64,000 bases of DNA from NCBI GenBank assembly GCA_963823185.1, contig CAWGKP010000011.1:331223-395222 (forward strand), given 5' to 3'. Source of the stretch: an uncultured Acidobacteriota bacterium. Its GTDB lineage: Bacteria; Acidobacteriota; Thermoanaerobaculia; UBA5066; Gp7-AA6. This document shows, piece after piece, positions 60,475-64,000 of the stretch. Made by a program: the position numbers and the translations under genes. Position 1 is the stretch's first letter. Each line of letters opens with the position of its first letter. The notes beneath the pieces were generated by a model. It searched no databases and was not told the DNA's origin. It worked only from the letters and a program-made list of their open reading frames with translations.

Positions 60475-61826
60475 TGCTTGCCCGTGCTCTCCGGATTCTC
60501 TCCCGAATGGGCGAGGGCGCGGATGCGGTCGACGGTCTTCGTGAACCCCGGTCCGGTGACGGGCGGGCCGTCTTTCTCGTCGAGGATCCCGCACTCCCGA
60601 GCGACTCGAATCGCCTCGCCCGGATCCAGCGTCTCGACCGGGCGGTCGGAGAGACACCGCGCCGACCCGGCCGGCGCCAGCAGCGCGTACAGCCGCAGAT
60701 CGAGGCGCGCATAAGCGCCGAAAGTCAGCAACGCGTCGGGCCGCGCACGATGCGTCTCGCGATCCACGTCAAGGAGACCGAGGCCGACGGCGCGCGCGAT
60801 CTGCTCGCGGTCGCTGCGGTCCACGATGTCGCTCGCGATGATCCCCGTTGAGACACGGACCTGGCGGACTTCCGGCACCATCCACCAGACGAGGCGGGCC
60901 GCATCCCCGCGCGTCAGGCGGCTCGACCGCGCCGCCGCGCGCTCGGGCTCGGGCCAGTTGGAGAGGCGAAACGAGAGGCGGGCCTCTTCCGCCTCCGCCT
61001 CGAAGCTCGGGTCCTCGGCGGCGAGGCGCTCGAGAGCCGGAACGGCGGAGGCCCAGTCGCCGCGATCCGCGGCGAGCCGCGCGATCTTCCCCTGGAGCTC
61101 GCGGCTCGACGGATTGCGCTGCAGAGCCTCGCCGTACCTCTCCAGAGCCGCGGAGCCCTCGCCCGCCTCGCGCTCCACGTCGCCCGCCGCCTCGCGCGCC
61201 GCCGCCGAATCCGGGTCGATCTCGATCGCGCGCCCCGCCGCGAGACGCGCCGCGGCCCAGTCCTTGCGCGCGGAAGCCTCCTGCGCCTCCTTGCTGGCTC
61301 GGTCGCGCGCCTGCACGCGCAGCTCCGCGGCCCGCGCCGTGATGCCCGCCCGCTCGGAAGCGCGGGAGGCGGCCTGACGGTAGAGGTCGTAGCCGGCGAT
61401 CGGTTGACCGGACCGCGCCTCCGCCTCGCCGCATGCGACGAGAAGCGGCAGCGTGGCGCCGGCCGGTCCGGAGCCCGGCATCGCTTCGGCGCAGGCCGCG
61501 CGAGCCTCCGGGAGCGCCCCGGCGGCCACGAGCGCCTCGATCTCGCCGATCCGGACCGGCAGACTACCCGGCTCCTGGCGCCGCGCGACCTCGAACTCGG
61601 CGCGCGCGCCCGAGGCGTCGCCGGCGAGAAGCGACATCCAGCCGCCCTGCGCGTCCGGCGGGAATGCGCCCGACGCGCCCTCGCGCGGATCGAGCGGAAA
61701 GCGATCGCGCGGCGGCGGCGCCTTCGGCGGTGTCGCGCAGGAGACGGCGAGCACGAGAATCGCCGCCGTTCCGAAGCGGCGCCAGGTCTCCCCGAGCGAC
61801 ATCGCCGGCCGCCGGAGGCGGCTCAA
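60471..61826 (-). CDS. TPR-repeat lipoprotein
   Basis: The lipobox is AILVLAVSCATPP (start ATG 61826 or 61802). TPR-like repeats follow through about residue 280. The C-terminal domain is of unknown type. Confidence 0.6.
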   Translation of the reverse strand: MSRLRRPAMSLGETWRRFGTAAILVLAVSCATPPKAPPPRDRFPLDPREGASGAFPPDAQGGWMSLLAGDASGARAEFEVARRQEPGSLPVRIGEIEALVAAGALPEARAACAEAMPGSGPAGATLPLLVACGEAEARSGQPIAGYDLYRQAASRASERAGITARAAELRVQARDRASKEAQEASARKDWAAARLAAGRAIEIDPDSAAAREAAGDVEREAGEGSAALERYGEALQRNPSSRELQGKIARLAADRGDWASAVPALERLAAEDPSFEAEAEEARLSFRLSNWPEPERAAARSSRLTRGDAARLVWWMVPEVRQVRVSTGIIASDIVDRSDREQIARAVGLGLLDVDRETHRARPDALLTFGAYARLDLRLYALLAPAGSARCLSDRPVETLDPGEAIRVARECGILDEKDGPPVTGPGFTKTVDRIRALAHSGENPESTGKQ

Positions 61827-61845
61827 TCGCGCCGCCCGGCTCCCG

Positions 61846-62067
61846 TCACGATCCCGAGGGCAGGTTCTCGGGACGGATCGAGGCGATCGCGTGCTTGTAG
61901 ATCATCTCCTCGCGTCCCTCGACTTCCAGGACCAGAGCGAACTTGTCGAAGCGGCGCAGCCGCCCCATGCGCTCTTCACCCGAGGTCAGCCGCACCGTGA
62001 TGACCACGTTGTCCTTCCGGAGGTTGTAGAAGAAGGAGTCCTGAACGTTGATCGGGGCCTTGTTCAT
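61846..62067 (-). CDS. hfq: RNA chaperone Hfq
   Basis: The Sm1/Sm2 motifs are VQDSFFYNLRKDNVVITVRLTSG and MIYKHAI. Confidence 0.92.
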   Translation of the reverse strand: MNKAPINVQDSFFYNLRKDNVVITVRLTSGEERMGRLRRFDKFALVLEVEGREEMIYKHAIASIRPENLPSGS

Positions 62068-62086
62068 CCGCTTCTCTCCGTCTCCG

Positions 62087-63004
62087 TCAGCCCAGAAGCT
62101 CGAGCGCGCGCGCGAGCGCCGCGGCGGGCTCGACCCAGACGACTCCCGGTTCCCGTCGGAACCAGGTCGCCTGGCGCTTGGCCAGTTGTCGGGTGGCAGT
62201 CACGATCGTCCTTTCGATTTCCAGGGGAGCGGCGCGGCCCGAGATCGCGGCGTCGGCGAGCTCCCGGTAGCCGATCGCCTCGAACGCGTTCGCCTCCCGC
62301 GAGACGCCTCGCGCGAGAAGCCCTCGAACCTCCTCTTCCCACCCCGCTTCGAGCATCTCGCGGACTCGCCGGGCGATCCTAGCATAGAGATCCGCGGGCG
62401 CCGGCCGAACGCCGACTTTCACGACACGGAATCGATCGGTCCAGGTGTCGCCGGTCGGAAGCCGAGACGAAGCCGGCCGTCCCGTCTCGAGGAGAATTTC
62501 GAGCGCGCGCAGGACGTACCGCCGGTTGCCGGGCGCGATTCGCGAGGAGGCCTCGGGGTCGTTCAGCGCGAGCATGCGCGCCGCGCTCCCGGGATCCCGA
62601 TCGCCCCAGCGCGCGAGCGCCCGGCGCCGCTCCGGATCGACGGCGTCGCCGGGAGGGAGGCCCTCGAGCAGCGCCCGGATGTAGAAGCCGCTCCCGCCGC
62701 AGACGATGGGCAGGCGGCCGCGGCTCACGATCTCCTCGACGATCGCGCGGGCCGCGCGCGCCCAGCGGCCGGCGGAGAACGTCTCCGACGGATCGGCGAC
62801 GTCGATCAGGTGATACGGAACTTCCCGGCGGCGCGCCGGCGACGGCTTCGCCGTCCCGATGTCGAAGCCGCGATAGACGGCGAAGGCGTCGGCCGAGAGG
62901 ATCTCGCCGTCGCGCGCCCGCGCGACGCCGTGCGCAACGTCGCTCTTCCCCGCTCCCGTCGGACCGAGCACCACGAGGAGCGCCGGCTTCTCCCGCGCGG
63001 TCAT
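62087..63004 (-). CDS. miaA: tRNA dimethylallyltransferase
   Basis: The P-loop is VVLGPTGAGKS. The sequence also includes DAFAVYRGFDIGTAKP, YHLID and IVCGGSGFY. The ATG overlaps the comEC stop (ATGA). Confidence 0.9.
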   Translation of the reverse strand: MTAREKPALLVVLGPTGAGKSDVAHGVARARDGEILSADAFAVYRGFDIGTAKPSPARRREVPYHLIDVADPSETFSAGRWARAARAIVEEIVSRGRLPIVCGGSGFYIRALLEGLPPGDAVDPERRRALARWGDRDPGSAARMLALNDPEASSRIAPGNRRYVLRALEILLETGRPASSRLPTGDTWTDRFRVVKVGVRPAPADLYARIARRVREMLEAGWEEEVRGLLARGVSREANAFEAIGYRELADAAISGRAAPLEIERTIVTATRQLAKRQATWFRREPGVVWVEPAAALARALELLG

Positions 63005-64000
63005 CGGGTCCCCCGCCAGGCGACGCGCGTCCACGACGGGGCGAGCTCGATCCGGATGTCGGAGGAGAGATCCGTCCGATAGACCGGAATCCGGCGGCGC
63101 CCGAGGGCGGCCAGCGTCTCCGGCGCGGGATGGCCGAATCGATTCTCGCGCCCGCACGACAGGACGGCGACGCGCGGACAGGCCGCGTCGAGGAACGCCG
63201 GCGTCGTCGAGCCGCGGCTGCCGTGGTGTCCGACCTTCAGGAGGTCGACCGGCTCGACCGCGCCGGCGCGGAGCAGATCTTCCTCCGCCGCCGCGCCCGC
63301 GTCGCCGGTCAGCAGGGCGCGCCGCCCGTCGCGCTCGAAGATCGCGACCACCGACTGGTTGTTGACGGCGTCGCGCTTCCGCGGGGGACCGCCGGACACG
63401 AGCACGCGCAGCTGCGCCTCGGGCAGCGGGAGCGTTCCCGACTCGAGCACCGTGACCGGAACGCCGCGTGCCCGCGCCCGGCGTGAGAGGTCGGCGTAGA
63501 GGCCGGCTTCGTCGTCGCCCGCGCCGCGCAGCAACCGCCCGACCGGCAGCTCGTCGAGCACGGCGAAGAGTCCGAGCGCGTGATCCGGGTGCGGATGCGT
63601 CAGGAGGACGGCGTCGAGCGCCGTCACGCCGCGGTCGAGAAGCTTCGGCACGAGCCGCGTTCGCCCGAAGTCGCGCGCGTCCAGATCGAACGGCCCGCCG
63701 CCGTCCACGAGCAGCGCGTGCCTCTTCCATCGGAGGAGGAGCGCGTCGCCCTGCCCGACGTCGAGCGCTTCGACGGAGAAGCCCTCTCGGGGGCCCGGCG
63801 GCGCCGGGCGCAGCGCAAAGAAGAGAAAGAGCGTGGCGGCGACGGCCGCCGCCGGCGCGCGCAGTCGGCGGGCTCCAATTCCCGCCAGGAGGAGCAGGAC
63901 GCCGACCGCGAGCATCGCGGGCAGCGGCGGCGTCGGGCGCAGCAGCGCGATCCCCGCCGCGCGCTCGGCGGACCACTCGAGCAGCCGGCAGCCCGCGCCG
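63001..64000 (-). CDS. comEC: ComEC/Rec2-family competence protein, C-terminal metallo-beta-lactamase part; 5' end beyond window
   Basis: The sequence includes LDVGQGDALLL, LLTHPHPDHALG, LKVGHHGS and NRFGHP. The frame stays open to nt 64000. Confidence 0.8.
   Translation of the reverse strand, partial: GAGCRLLEWSAERAAGIALLRPTPPLPAMLAVGVLLLLAGIGARRLRAPAAAVAATLFLFFALRPAPPGPREGFSVEALDVGQGDALLLRWKRHALLVDGGGPFDLDARDFGRTRLVPKLLDRGVTALDAVLLTHPHPDHALGLFAVLDELPVGRLLRGAGDDEAGLYADLSRRARARGVPVTVLESGTLPLPEAQLRVLVSGGPPRKRDAVNNQSVVAIFERDGRRALLTGDAGAAAEEDLLRAGAVEPVDLLKVGHHGSRGSTTPAFLDAACPRVAVLSCGRENRFGHPAPETLAALGRRRIPVYRTDLSSDIRIELAPSWTRVAWRGTR

Noticed and set aside
1-64000. CRISPR arrays, transposases/IS elements, integrases, rRNA genes and prophage genes.
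   Set aside because: None was found by reading both strands. The only repeats seen are the two hairpin-element copies, the protein-level SLH-like modules and short peptide repeats.

Overview
This is a high-GC (about 70%) bacterial chromosomal segment, gene-dense and mostly housekeeping. The protein repertoire looks Acidobacteriota-like, but that is unverified inference. The window contains:
- **Start of window:** a 5'-truncated enolase-superfamily gene, then tRNA-Glu(UUC).
- **Low-GC insert (about 4 kb):** two tandem pairs of a sigma-70 region-2-only small ORF coupled to a large TPR-like ORF.
- **Next genes:** a frameshifted PBP4/DacB gene, a PD-(D/E)xK nuclease-XPD/DinG helicase fusion, a frameshifted arylsulfatase and a fused membrane/spermidine-synthase-like gene.
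- **Envelope and small-enzyme genes:** small secreted and envelope proteins, NUDIX and LOG enzymes, and a PP2C / DnaJ-TPR / HEAT-like / RodZ-like cluster.
- **aro/trp operon:** a complete aroDE-trpE-G-D-C-F-B-A operon on the minus strand.
- **Other operons:** def-cysS, a FecR-like protein, thiE, and acpS-ileS-lspA-lgt-rluD.
- **Secreted and cell-wall genes:** a BNR/sortilin-like protein, an aldehyde dehydrogenase, an aminotransferase, bactofilin, a GH44 glycosidase, a 1100-aa adhesin-like protein, and an M15A (MepK-like) peptidase next to two L,D-transpeptidase paralogs.
- **End of window:** yeiH, tRNA-Gly(CCC), pgsA, hfq-miaA and the comEC 3' part.

Most notable observations:
1. An unannotated 16-21 codon leader ORF with three consecutive Trp codons, followed by alternative hairpins and an intrinsic terminator, sits directly upstream of the aro/trp operon. 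This looks like a classic ribosome-mediated attenuator.
2. The tRNA-Glu-adjacent low-GC module of duplicated sigma-region-2-only/TPR pairs is bounded by a 38/39-nt inverted hairpin repeat.
3. A Cys-bearing SLH-like module occurs seven times.
4. About 12 reading-frame breaks occur in otherwise well-conserved genes, including essential cysS. This points to assembly indels rather than gene decay.

Many long antisense ORFs in the track are GC artefacts.
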